Under the pieces are notes generated by a model. That model searched no databases. It saw only the letters and a program-made list of their open reading frames with translations, and was not told the origin of the DNA. Positions 1-10,528 of a stretch of 64,000 bases of DNA are shown piece by piece (the first letter of the stretch is position 1; each line of letters opens with the position of its first letter). The stretch covers positions 128,001 through 192,000 of the forward strand of contig JBHJGN010000011.1 in NCBI GenBank assembly GCA_050331735.1, given 5' to 3'. Both the position numbers and the translations under genes were made by a program. The stretch comes from Cyanophyceae cyanobacterium (lineage in GTDB: Bacteria > Cyanobacteriota > Cyanobacteriia > Cyanobacteriales > JBHJGN01).

Positions 1-513
1 AAAAATATCCGAGAGGAACAGCACCTGTTCGTCCGTCAAGCCATCGGGAATTTTGACGGGACCAACATCAGCAAAGGGAACACGGGCGTACTCTGCCTGT
101 CCGCCTGCATAGCCTCCTAATAGATGTGAATACCCGTATAACCCTGCTGGGGAATGGCCGTAAAACTCTTCGGCCATCCAGGTGTTGGGGTTAGAGTTAT
201 CGCACAAAGACCACAAATCTCGCTGGCAGAAGAAGCAGTGACCGCAGGAAATGGTAAAGGGCACGACAACGCGATCGCCCTTTTGCAAATTTTTGACTTC
301 CCGCCCGACTTCAACCACTTCCCCCATAAATTCATGGCCGAGAATATCTCCAGATTCCATAGTCGGAATATAGCCATCGTAGAGGTGCAAATCCGAGCCG
401 CAGATAGCCGTTGACGTAATTTTAATAATGGCATCGCGGGGATTCAGAATTTTTGGGTCTGGCACGGTATCGACGCGAACATCGTGGGTTCCATGCCAAC
501 AAACAGCTTTCAT
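1..513 (-). CDS. Zinc-dependent alcohol dehydrogenase / glutathione-dependent formaldehyde dehydrogenase family (3' part lies outside the window)
   Basis: Not in the ORF track because it is open at the window edge. Manual translation from ATG at 513 gives [43 protein letters not shown]...[14 protein letters not shown]...[18 protein letters not shown], with the catalytic (CGSD, GHE) and structural Zn ligands of MDR dehydrogenases. Confidence 0.92.
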   Translation of the reverse strand, partial: MKAVCWHGTHDVRVDTVPDPKILNPRDAIIKITSTAICGSDLHLYDGYIPTMESGDILGHEFMGEVVEVGREVKNLQKGDRVVVPFTISCGHCFFCQRDLWSLCDNSNPNTWMAEEFYGHSPAGLYGYSHLLGGYAGGQAEYARVPFADVGPVKIPDGLTDEQVLFLSDIF

Positions 514-542
514 GTTTTTTTCCTTTTAGTAGTTTCCAGTCG

Positions 543-911
543 TTAGGATTGTGTTTTCTTATCTACTAATCCTCGATCTTTTACTTGTTGAGTGACTTTT
601 TGAGCGCGTTCTAACAATGAGTCTTCGGATTTAACTTTGTACTGTGAGTTAGAGCCCTGTTCGTTATTTTTTAGAGCATCCTCTGCTACCTTCCCGGCGT
701 CCTCGCCGTAATGCTTCTCAGTCGCTTCCTTTCTTTGTTGGTCAATGTTTTGATCGATATCGTAGGCAAGGGTTTGAGAGGGGCTAGGGGCGGCGATCGC
801 CTGACCCTGCCAAAGATTGCCCAATGCAATTCCAATCATTAATACGACTTCTAGCAGCAGTACTAACAACACATGCTGAATTAATTGATTTGTCCGCAAT
901 TTCTGCAACAT
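543..911 (-). CDS. Hypothetical exported/membrane-anchored hydrophilic protein
   Basis: 122 aa with an N-terminal hydrophobic signal (AIA-A) and a charged tail; co-oriented between SRPBCC and ADH. Confidence 0.75.
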   Translation of the reverse strand: MLQKLRTNQLIQHVLLVLLLEVVLMIGIALGNLWQGQAIAAPSPSQTLAYDIDQNIDQQRKEATEKHYGEDAGKVAEDALKNNEQGSNSQYKVKSEDSLLERAQKVTQQVKDRGLVDKKTQS

Positions 912-1064
912 TGCTCTTCTCCTAGTCGCTACTGTCCTAATTTATTGTTGAAGTCAAATCCTACTCTAGAAAAAGAGTATTCAACTACTGCATTTAAAAA
1001 AAATAAAATTTTAAAGATATGCTGGGGCAAAGTTATGCCCCATCTGAACCAAGAAAGCTTTATG

Positions 1065-1406
1065 TTATTCGTTTACCGCTGGAACTCTTTCATTTTCAAT
1101 TGGTTCTTTGCCTTGGATTTGACGAAAGAATTTTTTAGTATCAGCAGGAATGGGTTCATCTAAATTCAGTTTTTCTGAGACATTTTCTGAAGCCTCTTTT
1201 AGAGAATTTTTCGTTCCTTGAGCGGCATTTTCAACCTGATTTTTAGCATTTTCAGCATTGAGCTTGACGGTTTCAGCCGTTTCATCTACCTGATACGCAG
1301 TCCTTTCGGGAGTGAGCGGTTCGGCCCAAGCTTGATTGACAGCAAATAAACTCACAAGTAAAACTAGGAAGATTTTTAGGCAAGCCTTCAGTAAAGATGC
1401 AATCAT
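1065..1406 (-). CDS. Hypothetical exported protein, LEA/low-temperature-induced-like
   Basis: 113 aa with a signal peptide ending AWA, then A/E/K/N-rich helical repeats (AENAKNQVENAAQGTKN); GGAG RBS upstream. Confidence 0.78.
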   Translation of the reverse strand: MIASLLKACLKIFLVLLVSLFAVNQAWAEPLTPERTAYQVDETAETVKLNAENAKNQVENAAQGTKNSLKEASENVSEKLNLDEPIPADTKKFFRQIQGKEPIENERVPAVNE

Positions 1407-1450
1407 CGTGATTCTCCAATGGTCTAATTCGTCACCGAATTATATAACGA

Positions 1451-2143
1451 TTAAGACCCGTGAGGCTGTCCCTCTGTAGTAGCAATCTCTCTAGCTTCCA
1501 TAAGCTGCTTAAAACGGTTCAGTTCGTCGCCAATTTGCTGTTCTGCCGATTCTCCAAACAGTTTGGCGATCGCTCCTCCTAACACTCCTCCGGGAGGATT
1601 ATACTCAATGACGACCTTGACTTCGGTTCCTCTATTTCCGGTCGTCGGGCGAAAACGCACAAAACCAGAATTATCGATATCAGCATCATTGAGCGATGCC
1701 CAAGAGATCAGCCGATTAGGTTCATCTTGAAGAATTTGAGCATCCCATTCGACATTAACATCCAAAGGAGCGTTCGCCACCCAGTGCGACCGACGCTCAT
1801 CAAGGACCGTTACCGACTTAAGGTGTTTCATAAAGGTCGGCAAATTCTCAAAATTATGCCAAAAGCTGTAAAGTTCTTCAGGGGAGCGGTTAATCGTGAC
1901 CGTTTTTTCCACTTTAATCTCTTGCGGAATCCCCAGCGCCTCCTGCGCCTGCTTAACGGTACTCTTCTTGGTGACTCCTTGATAAATTAAACCGCCACCA
2001 GCAATAGACATTAAAGCTCCCCGCAAAGAGCCTTGTCTTAATTCCATCAAAACGAGAGCGCTGCCGCCGATAATCGAGGCAATCTGTTCAGCTTCACCAG
2101 CAGATTGCGGTTGATTTCGATGGATATTAGTAGTCTCTTCCAT
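1451..2143 (-). CDS. SRPBCC family protein (polyketide cyclase/dehydrase-like)
   Basis: VEKTVTINRSPEELYSFWHNFENLPTFMKHL...SHWVA...VEWDAQI...RFKQLME, typical of the family. Confidence 0.92.
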   Translation of the reverse strand: MEETTNIHRNQPQSAGEAEQIASIIGGSALVLMELRQGSLRGALMSIAGGGLIYQGVTKKSTVKQAQEALGIPQEIKVEKTVTINRSPEELYSFWHNFENLPTFMKHLKSVTVLDERRSHWVANAPLDVNVEWDAQILQDEPNRLISWASLNDADIDNSGFVRFRPTTGNRGTEVKVVIEYNPPGGVLGGAIAKLFGESAEQQIGDELNRFKQLMEAREIATTEGQPHGS

Positions 2144-2674
2144 AAATATGCCCTACATTTAATGGCAACCAAACACTGATCGCTCAGGATGCCTTGCTAA
2201 TAAATTTCGCTTTTGTGCTATTTGCTTTTCGTTAATGTGCTAGCAAACTCTTTTAGTTTCTAACCGCTCTGCCAAACATACTAAGAATCAGGTAAGTTAG
2301 TTTTCGTCATTCTAAAGACAGAGAGTAGCCACGAGGAAATTTAGCACAAACAGGAGTTGTTGCTGATCACCCCAACAATTTCAGGAAACACAGTTTTTGG
2401 TGTTCACCATCAAAAACTGCTGGATTTGCCAATCAACGCTTGTCAAATCCAGCAGATTTGGAGCATTTATACCTGCGGTAAGATGTAGGCTTCAGCGGAT
2501 TCTCCTAACCTTTTGGCAGGATTTAGAGATTAAAGGCTGAAGAAAAAAGCTGCAAATTTTGTCTAAATCGGCTCAAGAACGGTTGAGCTTGCTCAAACCG
2601 TCTGCCGGAGCTTCCTCCAGCAGAATTTTGAGTCAACTTGCTACCAAAAATTAGATTGGCAACGGAGAATAAAT

Positions 2675-2920
2675 ATGGCATACGAAAAGATGGAAGATTT
2701 ACCCGCTGACGTTAGAGAAAAGCTGCCAGAAGGCGGACAAAAGAGATTTATGGCTGCTTTTAACAGCGCTTCTTCTGATGGCTTGAGCGACGAAGGTGCG
2801 ACTCAAGTAGCTTGGAATTCCATTAAGAATGAGTACGAAGAGGGACCAGACGGTAAATGGCAACATAAGCCTGACCGCGCGGCAACCAGTAGTCCCCTAG
2901 GCAGCATTCCAGCTAGCTAA
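2675..2920 (+). CDS. chaB: ChaB family protein
   Basis: MAY..EDLP.DVR.KLP..GQ..FMAAFNSA...A.QVAW..IK.EY....GKW; GGAG RBS upstream. Confidence 0.88.
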   Translation: MAYEKMEDLPADVREKLPEGGQKRFMAAFNSASSDGLSDEGATQVAWNSIKNEYEEGPDGKWQHKPDRAATSSPLGSIPAS

Positions 2921-2946
2921 GCTTAGGTAAAAGAAAATCGACAATC

Positions 2947-2996
2947 AGGAGGGTAGGTTAGATTTGCTCGTATTTCAATCTCCTACTCCTGTTTTT
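2947..2996 (+). terminator. Probable intrinsic terminator after chaB
   Basis: Imperfect stem CAGGAG-GTAGG-AGATT / AATCT-CCTAC-TCCTG followed by TTTTT. Confidence 0.55.
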
Positions 2997-3279
2997 GTGT
3001 GTTTGAGGGAAACATCAAGTCCGTTTGAGACAGGCGTTGCGAGGGAAGGGCTAAGGGTTAATCATTAGGTTAGGGACTTGTCGTGAGCTGTTTTGAGTCG
3101 AGTAGCTACAACAATTTCAGCCTAGCAAGGCTAGGGCACGATCGCCTGCTCAGCATAGCGTGAACCGAATTTTCCAAGCAGTTAGGCAGCATTCTCCTGA
3201 AGCAGTGCTGAGGAGGACTACAATAGGGACAGACCAGCAATAGCGAGCTGGCAGATGCGGGGCGGCTTCGTGGCGACTT

Positions 3280-4455
3280 ATGCAAATTTATCTTGACCAT
3301 AGTGCGACAACTCAACCTCGCTCAGAAGCGATCACGATGATGCAGTCCGTGCTGGCGCAGCACTGGGGCAATCCTTCTAGTATTCATGCTTGGGGACAAA
3401 GAGCCACTACTGTCGTTGAACGAGCAAGACTTCAGATTGCCCAACTGCTCAATGCTCCCCCCGATGCCATTGTCTTTACCTCTGGAGGAACAGAGGCAGA
3501 CAACTTAGCTCTGATGGGGATTGCCCGACACTATCCAACTCCGCAACACATTATTGTGTCTTCCGTAGAGCATGCCGCCATTGCTAAACCAGCAGCGCTA
3601 CTAGAAAACTGGGGGTGGCAAGTCAGCTATCTTCCGGTCAATGCTCAAGGACGAGTGAATCCCCTTGACCTTGAGGCAGCCATCCAGCCCAATACGGTAC
3701 TGGTATCGATTATCTACGGACAGAGCGAAGTGGGGACGCTACAGCCACTGGAATCTCTCGCTCAAATTGCTCGCTACCACGGGGTGTTATTTCACACCGA
3801 TGCCGTTCAGGTGGCGGGGCGGCTGCCCCTAGATGTCCAGCATTTACCGCTCGATTTACTCTCTCTGTCAGCCCACAAGCTTTACGGACCTCAAGGAGCC
3901 GGAGCACTCTACGTCCGTCCTGGGGTAGAACTGAAGCCCCTGTTTGGGGGCGGAGGTCAAGAAAAGCAGCTCCGCTCTGGAACTCAAGCTGTCCCGACCA
4001 TTGCTGGATTTGGAGTCGCCGCTGAACTTGCTGCTGCCGAATTAACGGTGGAAACCCCCCGACTGATGCAGTTGCGCGATCGCCTGTTTGAGCTGTTGGC
4101 CAGTTGCCCCTATTTAATGCCTACAGGCGATCGCCACTATCGGCTGCCTCACCATCTCAGCTTTGTTCTACGAGACTTGCCTCACGTTACCGGCAAAGAG
4201 GTGGTTCGCCAGATGAACCTCGCCGGCATCGCCATTAGTGCTGGCTCCGCCTGCCACAGTGGTCAACTCAGTCCAAGTCCTGTGCTGCGGGCGATGGGAT
4301 ACGATCCGGCAACGGCGATTCAAGGCATCCGGCTGACCCTCGGACGCAGCACGACCCGAGCCGATATCGACTGGACTGCCGCCGTCCTCCAGCAAATCCT
4401 TCACCGTTTAGCCGAACAGCTTTGCCAATCCCCCCGCGCTTATGTCTATTCCTGA
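3280..4455 (+). CDS. iscS: Cysteine desulfurase (IscS/NifS group, PLP-dependent)
   Basis: IYLDHSATT, GNPSSIH, FTSGGTEADN, SAHKLYGPQG (PLP lysine) and SAGSACHS (catalytic Cys). Confidence 0.93.
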   Translation: MQIYLDHSATTQPRSEAITMMQSVLAQHWGNPSSIHAWGQRATTVVERARLQIAQLLNAPPDAIVFTSGGTEADNLALMGIARHYPTPQHIIVSSVEHAAIAKPAALLENWGWQVSYLPVNAQGRVNPLDLEAAIQPNTVLVSIIYGQSEVGTLQPLESLAQIARYHGVLFHTDAVQVAGRLPLDVQHLPLDLLSLSAHKLYGPQGAGALYVRPGVELKPLFGGGGQEKQLRSGTQAVPTIAGFGVAAELAAAELTVETPRLMQLRDRLFELLASCPYLMPTGDRHYRLPHHLSFVLRDLPHVTGKEVVRQMNLAGIAISAGSACHSGQLSPSPVLRAMGYDPATAIQGIRLTLGRSTTRADIDWTAAVLQQILHRLAEQLCQSPRAYVYS

Positions 4456-5167
4456 AACCATTGAAGAAGCAATTACCCAAGCTAAAGCCGCCACCCAAGC
4501 AGCCCTAGACGACGGCTATCGTCGCCTCCAGGTAGAGCTAGTGGTTCCCGAAGTGGCGTTGCAGGCTCAGGCGATCGCCTGGGAGTTTGCCTCATTGTTT
4601 GCTGAGTATGGACCTAGACTGCGCCTCCTCTTTCCCGATACCGGGGCGGCTGCCCTCGCCCGCCGCGACTGGGGAGAGACTCCTTTTAAAATCAGCGATT
4701 TAGGCAGTAGCCGCACCCCAGTCACTCGCAAAATTTCGGAGGAAGACGAGGCGTTTCTCCTCGCCTGTCCGTCGTCGATGGAAATTGAGCAAGTGGAAAA
4801 ACTCTGTAACGTTGCTGGCGATCGCCCGGTGGTACTATTGATCCCCCAACTGGAAAATGTGGCGATCGTAGGAATTGGCTACGCGGCGCGGCAACTGCGA
4901 GAACGCTTTATCTCCAAGCTAGAGTCGTGCTACTACTTCAAACCTCTCGATGGCGCTGTTGTGCTACGCAACTATCCGTCTTCGTGGCAAGTGTGGTTAG
5001 AACAAGATGGCGACTATAAATTAGTGGCGGAAGAACCCCAAAAACCGATGGGAGACACCCTAGAGCTGATCCTGGCTAAAGCCAGTGGCGGTGACGAAGG
5101 GAGCAAGCCACAGTCAAAAGGCTTATTAGCTAACCTCCAGCAGTTCCTCAGAGCTTTAAGTCAGTAA
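4442..5167 (+). CDS. DUF1995 family protein
   Basis: IPETIEEAITQAKAATQAALDDG..RLQVEL, FPDTGAAALARRDWG and VGIGYAARQLRERF; overlaps the iscS stop. Confidence 0.85.
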   Translation: MSIPETIEEAITQAKAATQAALDDGYRRLQVELVVPEVALQAQAIAWEFASLFAEYGPRLRLLFPDTGAAALARRDWGETPFKISDLGSSRTPVTRKISEEDEAFLLACPSSMEIEQVEKLCNVAGDRPVVLLIPQLENVAIVGIGYAARQLRERFISKLESCYYFKPLDGAVVLRNYPSSWQVWLEQDGDYKLVAEEPQKPMGDTLELILAKASGGDEGSKPQSKGLLANLQQFLRALSQ

Positions 5168-5190
5168 GTTAAGAGTTAGTAGGAGTTTAG

Positions 5191-5472
5191 GCAGATAACT
5201 TCACAGCAGCACCCGACTGGACAATAGAGATACCTTCGCCGGATCAAAAGGTAACCCGCGTAATTGACAATATTTTGTACTGTTTGAAATATGGCAGCCA
5301 ATCGGGATGGATGCTCGATCCTGATGATTATTCGGTGCTAGTTTTCATTCCTCAACAGGAACCCAAAGTCTGTCGGGGAAGCCAGCAGCTTCAAGTTATA
5401 AAAGGAGTTAATTTGTCCTTAACAGCCCAACAAATCTTTGCGTGGCTGAAAATCAATCGGGTAAAGTGCTGA
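5191..5472 (+). pseudogene. 5'-truncated Uma2 (DUF820) endonuclease fragment
   Basis: Frame reads ADNFTAAPDWTIEIPSPDQKVTRVIDNILYCLKYGSQSGWMLDP..., the C-terminal half of Uma2, directly after an in-frame stop and with no start codon or N-terminal half. Confidence 0.8.
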
Positions 5473-5562
5473 AGAAATGCGAGAACTCATTTTTTTAGGA
5501 CGAAATTGGTTGTCCTTAAAGACTTTGAGCGACAGAATTCACCGCTGTCAGCAATACCAAGC

Positions 5563-8500
5563 TTAGCTTCTGACTGCGGTTTCTTTCGGTTCTGTTTTCT
5601 CCTCCTCTGGACCAGGAGGCGAAGGTAGGCGTTTAGAAACGCGATCGCTCACTCCGGTAATGACAATATACAGCACCGGCACGACCAACAAACTTAAAAC
5701 CGTGGCTACAATCATCCCGCCGACCACCGCCGTCCCTAACGAGCGACGGGCAGCGGCTCCAGCTCCACTGGCAAGGGTCAGCGGGAAAATGCCAATAATG
5801 GTGGAAAATGCCGTCATCAGGATCGGTCGCAGGCGTTGCTCAGAGGCTTCTATTGAAGCCCTAACCAGCGATCGCCCTTGCTCGCGAAGCTGGTTGGCAA
5901 ACTCAACAATCAGAATCGAGTTTTTACTGGCTAAACCAATCAGCATTACCAACCCAATCTGACCGTAGATATCATTGGCCAGTCCTCGTAGAGACAGACC
6001 CAGGAGCGCTCCCATCACGGCCAAAGGCACCGCCATCATAATGATGAAGGGGTCGAAATAGTTTTCGTACTGAGCCGCCAACACCAGAAACACTACCACC
6101 AGTCCCAGCCCAAAAATAATTGGGGCTTGATTACCAGAGCTAATCTGTTCGAGCGCCGTCCCCGACCAAGCGTAGCTGTAGCCCACTGGCAGTACCTCTG
6201 CCGCGACCTCTTCAATGGCCGCAATGGCTTCACCAGAGCTATAGCCCGGCGCTGCCGAACCCGACACTTCCACCGCCCGGAACAAATTGAAGTGGGGAAT
6301 GGTAGAAGCTCCCGAAGTCGGCGTAAGCGTGACCAAATTACTCAGCGAGACCATCTCACCGTCGGCAGAACGCACGTAGAGCTGCCGTACATCTCCTGGC
6401 TGAGCGCGGAACTCCTGGTCGGCCTGCACATACACGCGGTAGTTGCGCTGTTGCAGAGTAAAGTCGTTAACATACTGGGAACCGAGAGCAATGCCCATAG
6501 TTTCGAGGATGTCGTCGATATCTACCTGGAGAGCTTTAGCCGCTTGCCGATTCACGCTTACCTGATAGCGAGGGGTATTGGCGGTAAAGGTGCTATACAC
6601 CGCCTGCAATTCCGGTCGCCCGTTGGCCTGCTGTAAAAACTGGTTCAGCACTTCAACTAGGTCGTTAATATCGCCGCCGGAGTTCTGGTCCTGGAGCTGG
6701 AGGCTAAATCCGCCAAAGGAACCCAGTCCCCGAATGGCCGGAGGATTATTGGGTAAGATACGGGCTTCTGGAATGGCGGCAAACTGCTGTCTCAATTGAT
6801 CAATGATGGCCTGGGCTGACTGGTTCGATTCCGTCCGCTCCGACCAGGGGGTTAAATTGGTAAAAATAATGCCGCTATTGGCGCCCCCACCGCCGAAGCT
6901 AAAACCGCCAACGGCAAATACCGTTTCCATCTCTGGTAAGTCCAACAGCTCGGCTTCCACCGTCTCCAGGACATCTCTGGTGTAGTCCAAAGACACCCCG
7001 GGCGGTCCCTGGACAATCGTAATAAAGTAGCCCTGGTCTTCTTCCGGGAGAAATCCGCCGGGAACCTGCGTATATAGATAGGCCGTCAACGCTAGCAAGA
7101 CCACAAACAGACCAATCACCACGCTCTTGAAGTGGGTAAAGCGCTTCAGCAAGCTTCGATAGCGATCGCGTAGCCACTCCAGCGCTCGGTTGAACCGCTT
7201 GAAGAACCAGTTGAGCCAGCCGGGAGGACTGGAACCTTTCCTGAGTAACAGGGCCGACAGAGAGGGGGTCAGGGTCAGCGCGAGAAACGTGGAAACGGCG
7301 ATCGCAAACGCAATGGTGAGGGCAAACTGACGATAAATCGCGCCTGTTGACCCTGGAAAAAACGCCACTGGAATAAACACCGCCATCAGCACCAGGGAGG
7401 TCGCCACCACCGCCCCAGACAGCTCTCGCATTGACGCGATCGCCGCTCGTCCCGGACTCTGCCCCTCTTCGATCAATCGGCTAATATTCTCAACTACGAT
7501 AATGGCATCATCCACAACCATCCCCGTTGCCAGCGTGAGACCAAACAGCGTCAGGGTGTTGAGCGAGAAACCAAAGGCTCTGACAAAGATAAACGTACCA
7601 ATCAAAGACGTGGGAATCGTAATAATCGGAATAATGGTCGTCCGCCAGTCTTGCAGGAAGATAAAAATCACCCCAATAACGAGCAGGATGGCGAGGAGTA
7701 GCGTATAGACGACCTCTGATAGCGACTCATACACAAAGTCCGTCGAGTCAAAAGCGATTTGGTAGCGCAGTCCCGGGGGAAAGCTTTCGGCAAGACGCGA
7801 TAATTCCTCCCGCACCGCACTAGCCACCTCGAGAGCGTTACTGCCGGGGAGCTGAGTAATGCCCAATCCCACGCCTTCTTGCCCGTTAAATCTTAAAAAC
7901 GTGCTGTAGTCCTGAGCGCCCAATTCCACCCGTCCAACATCTTTGACCTGAATCAGCGCCTCGTCGTCAGAGCGAATAACAATTTCTGCAAACTCCGCAG
8001 CGCTGGACAGCCGGGTGTCGGCTTCTAGCTCGATTTGGTAGAGCAGCTCGTCAGACGAGGGCTGCTGTCCGAGTCCCCCAATGGCCGCCTGGAGATTTTG
8101 TTCGCTGATGGCATCAACCACATCTTGAGGCGTGAGGTTGCGCGTTGCCAATCGATCCGGATTTAACCACAACCGCATCGCGTAACGGCGTTCGCCAAAA
8201 ATTTGCACGTTTCCGACCCCGTTGACCCGCTGAAGAGCCTCTGCCATGTAGATGTCGGCGTAGTTGCTCAAAAAAATCGGGCTGTAGCGATTTTCTTCAG
8301 CATAAATACCGATCGCCATTAGAAAGCCGCTGGTTTCTCGCCGAACCGTCACTCCCGTACGCTGTACTGCTTCTGGAAGCCGCGACTCAGCGACAGAAAC
8401 GCGGTTTTGCACGTCAACGGCGGCCAGGTCGGCATCTCTTGAAGGTTCAAAGGTAACATTGATACTGCTGCTGCCGCTGCTGCTGGTGGAGGATATGTAG

Positions 8501-8730
8501 CGAGAGGCTTCTACCCCATTGATTTCTCGCTCGAGGACGTTGGTAACGGTATTTTCAACGACGGTGGCGCTGGCTCCAATATAGTTCGCTGACACTGACA
8601 CTTGGGGGGGAGCCAAATCAGGATATTGAGCAATGGGCAGGGTAGGGATACTGACTGCTCCGAGCAAGAGGATCAGCAGCGCACAGACGGAGGCAAAGAT
8701 CGGTCGCTTGATGAAGAACGAGGAAAACAT
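5563..8730 (-). CDS. RND efflux transporter permease (AcrB/HAE1 family)
   Basis: 1055 aa; FFIKRPIFASV, LPIAQYPDLAPP, GMVVDDAIIVVENI, GLASKNSILIVEFA, RLRPILMTA. Confidence 0.96.
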   Translation of the reverse strand: MFSSFFIKRPIFASVCALLILLLGAVSIPTLPIAQYPDLAPPQVSVSANYIGASATVVENTVTNVLEREINGVEASRYISSTSSSGSSSINVTFEPSRDADLAAVDVQNRVSVAESRLPEAVQRTGVTVRRETSGFLMAIGIYAEENRYSPIFLSNYADIYMAEALQRVNGVGNVQIFGERRYAMRLWLNPDRLATRNLTPQDVVDAISEQNLQAAIGGLGQQPSSDELLYQIELEADTRLSSAAEFAEIVIRSDDEALIQVKDVGRVELGAQDYSTFLRFNGQEGVGLGITQLPGSNALEVASAVREELSRLAESFPPGLRYQIAFDSTDFVYESLSEVVYTLLLAILLVIGVIFIFLQDWRTTIIPIITIPTSLIGTFIFVRAFGFSLNTLTLFGLTLATGMVVDDAIIVVENISRLIEEGQSPGRAAIASMRELSGAVVATSLVLMAVFIPVAFFPGSTGAIYRQFALTIAFAIAVSTFLALTLTPSLSALLLRKGSSPPGWLNWFFKRFNRALEWLRDRYRSLLKRFTHFKSVVIGLFVVLLALTAYLYTQVPGGFLPEEDQGYFITIVQGPPGVSLDYTRDVLETVEAELLDLPEMETVFAVGGFSFGGGGANSGIIFTNLTPWSERTESNQSAQAIIDQLRQQFAAIPEARILPNNPPAIRGLGSFGGFSLQLQDQNSGGDINDLVEVLNQFLQQANGRPELQAVYSTFTANTPRYQVSVNRQAAKALQVDIDDILETMGIALGSQYVNDFTLQQRNYRVYVQADQEFRAQPGDVRQLYVRSADGEMVSLSNLVTLTPTSGASTIPHFNLFRAVEVSGSAAPGYSSGEAIAAIEEVAAEVLPVGYSYAWSGTALEQISSGNQAPIIFGLGLVVVFLVLAAQYENYFDPFIIMMAVPLAVMGALLGLSLRGLANDIYGQIGLVMLIGLASKNSILIVEFANQLREQGRSLVRASIEASEQRLRPILMTAFSTIIGIFPLTLASGAGAAARRSLGTAVVGGMIVATVLSLLVVPVLYIVITGVSDRVSKRLPSPPGPEEEKTEPKETAVRS

Positions 8731-8746
8731 AGAGGGAAGGTCAGGC

Positions 8747-8781
8747 GGTTAGGGGTTGATGGTTAATGGTTGATTGTTGAG
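8747..8781. repeat. Heptamer STRR-type tandem repeat (GGTTRAT-like, 5 degenerate units)
   Basis: ggttagg-ggttgat-ggttaat-ggttgat-tgttgag between the RND genes; the same unit recurs near 21159, 37877 and (inverted) 60314. Confidence 0.7.
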
Positions 8782-8877
8782 GGCTTTCTCTTCCAGGTGC
8801 TCTTGATCGCTTTTAAAGTAGCGATAGGTCTCCCGACTCTATTTCAGAGCAATCTCTCACTGCCGCAATTTTTACAG

Positions 8878-10275
8878 TTAAGGATTCGCAACCTCTGCAT
8901 CCTGTGGTTGAGATTGAGGTTGAATTGGGGTTCCGTCTGACAGTTTGAGGATGCCAGTGACGATCAGGCGATCGCCTGCTGCTACCCCTGCTAGCACAGG
9001 ATAGCTGTTGTTCTGAACTTCTCCCACCTCGACCGGAACTTGCTGCGCTACTAGCTGCGCTTCCCCTTCCGGGGTTTCCTGCGCTACATAGACAAAGGCT
9101 TGTCCGCCGACGCGGGTGACGGCGACTGTGGGGACGAGAACACCAGAACGCTCGTCCCAAACAATTTGAGCGCGGACATCTTGTTCGTCGCGCAACTGTC
9201 CGTCTGAGTTAGGAAATCTGGCCTGGGCTAAAATCGTCTGCGAGTTTGAGCTAACTTGGGGCGAGACAAAGGTAATCTGTCCTGAACCAAGGGGGTTACC
9301 CTGCATGTCGCTCAGCTCTACAGAAAGCCCCGTCCGCAAGTCAGAACGCCGCTCGACGGGAACCGCTAACTCCAGCTCGAGCGGGTCGTTTTGAGTCACG
9401 CTGGTGAGCGCATCACCCGGACTTACGTACTCTCCGAGCTTGATGCTAATATTACCCACCTCCCCAGCAAAGGGAGCCGTGAGGGTTGTATCCTGAAGCT
9501 GCTCCCGCGCCGCCGCGACATCCGCTTGCGCTTCTCTTACGTCCGCCTCCGCTTGATTGAGGCTGGCGCGGGCGGCCTGAATGCGGTCCTCAATCGCGCG
9601 CAGTTCGGCAGTGGCAGTTCGGCGATCGCGTTCTACTAGGTCTAACTCCTCTCTGGCCAGCGCTCCTTCTTCGACTAAAAACTGCCGGCGGCGATATTGC
9701 TCGTTTTGCAACTCTACTTCTGCCGCCGCTACGCCTCGCTCTGACTGCACGGACTGAAGCTGCGCCAGCGCATTGGCCCGCGCTGATTGGGCCGCATCTA
9801 CAGCCGCTTGCAAACTGGCCAACTCTGCCGATTGCCGATCCGGGCTAAGCTGAATCAGCGAGTCTCCCGCCTGCACCTCAGAGCCTTCATCGACGTAGAG
9901 ACGGCTGACCCGTCCCTGAATTTCGGGACTGATGGTTGCCGATAGAGGCGATGTCAAACTACCAATAAATTCGGAAGTCTCTAGCACAGTTGACGTTTGC
10001 ACCGTCTCCAGCTCAACGGGAACTGCCTGTGCCTGTGCTTGAGCCGCTTGCTCTGGAGAACCAGCAGATTTTTGCCACCAGCGCCACCCTCCGTATCCCA
10101 GTCCAAGGAGCAGCGCAACGCCAAGGGCAATCAGCCAAGGCTGTTTAGACTCTGTTGCAGACGAGGGAGGTTGACCCTTCGGAGCAGACTTGCCATTGGC
10201 GGTCTGTCCCTCGGCGATCGCTGACTGGGAAGAGTTATTGGAGTTTGGCGGATACTGAGGAGAATTTGAAGGCAT
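8878..10275 (-). CDS. RND efflux periplasmic adaptor (membrane fusion protein)
   Basis: N-terminal TM segment, lipoyl half-motifs (GRVSRLYVDEGSEVQAGDSL; TLTAPFAGEVG...GEYVSPG) and a long coiled coil; directly upstream of the RND permease. Confidence 0.95.
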   Translation of the reverse strand: MPSNSPQYPPNSNNSSQSAIAEGQTANGKSAPKGQPPSSATESKQPWLIALGVALLLGLGYGGWRWWQKSAGSPEQAAQAQAQAVPVELETVQTSTVLETSEFIGSLTSPLSATISPEIQGRVSRLYVDEGSEVQAGDSLIQLSPDRQSAELASLQAAVDAAQSARANALAQLQSVQSERGVAAAEVELQNEQYRRRQFLVEEGALAREELDLVERDRRTATAELRAIEDRIQAARASLNQAEADVREAQADVAAAREQLQDTTLTAPFAGEVGNISIKLGEYVSPGDALTSVTQNDPLELELAVPVERRSDLRTGLSVELSDMQGNPLGSGQITFVSPQVSSNSQTILAQARFPNSDGQLRDEQDVRAQIVWDERSGVLVPTVAVTRVGGQAFVYVAQETPEGEAQLVAQQVPVEVGEVQNNSYPVLAGVAAGDRLIVTGILKLSDGTPIQPQSQPQDAEVANP

Positions 10276-10528
10276 GACTGCATCTGTTAAAGTTCAAGTC
10301 TAGACTGCCTGCTCTTGTCGGCAGATGAATGCAAGGAGCGTACGCTCTGTTGAGGCAAGCATCTTACGAATTATTAAGCCTGCTCCCTATTAATAGTTTT
10401 AACTGCTGATGTTGACATCTGCCTTTTTAGAGACATCTTGCCTAGTCTCGAAAACGACCAGGAGCGATCACCGCTGCTCTGTCTTTACAGACTACAATGT
10501 AAGAACTCTGGTTCTCTGAGGTAAACCC

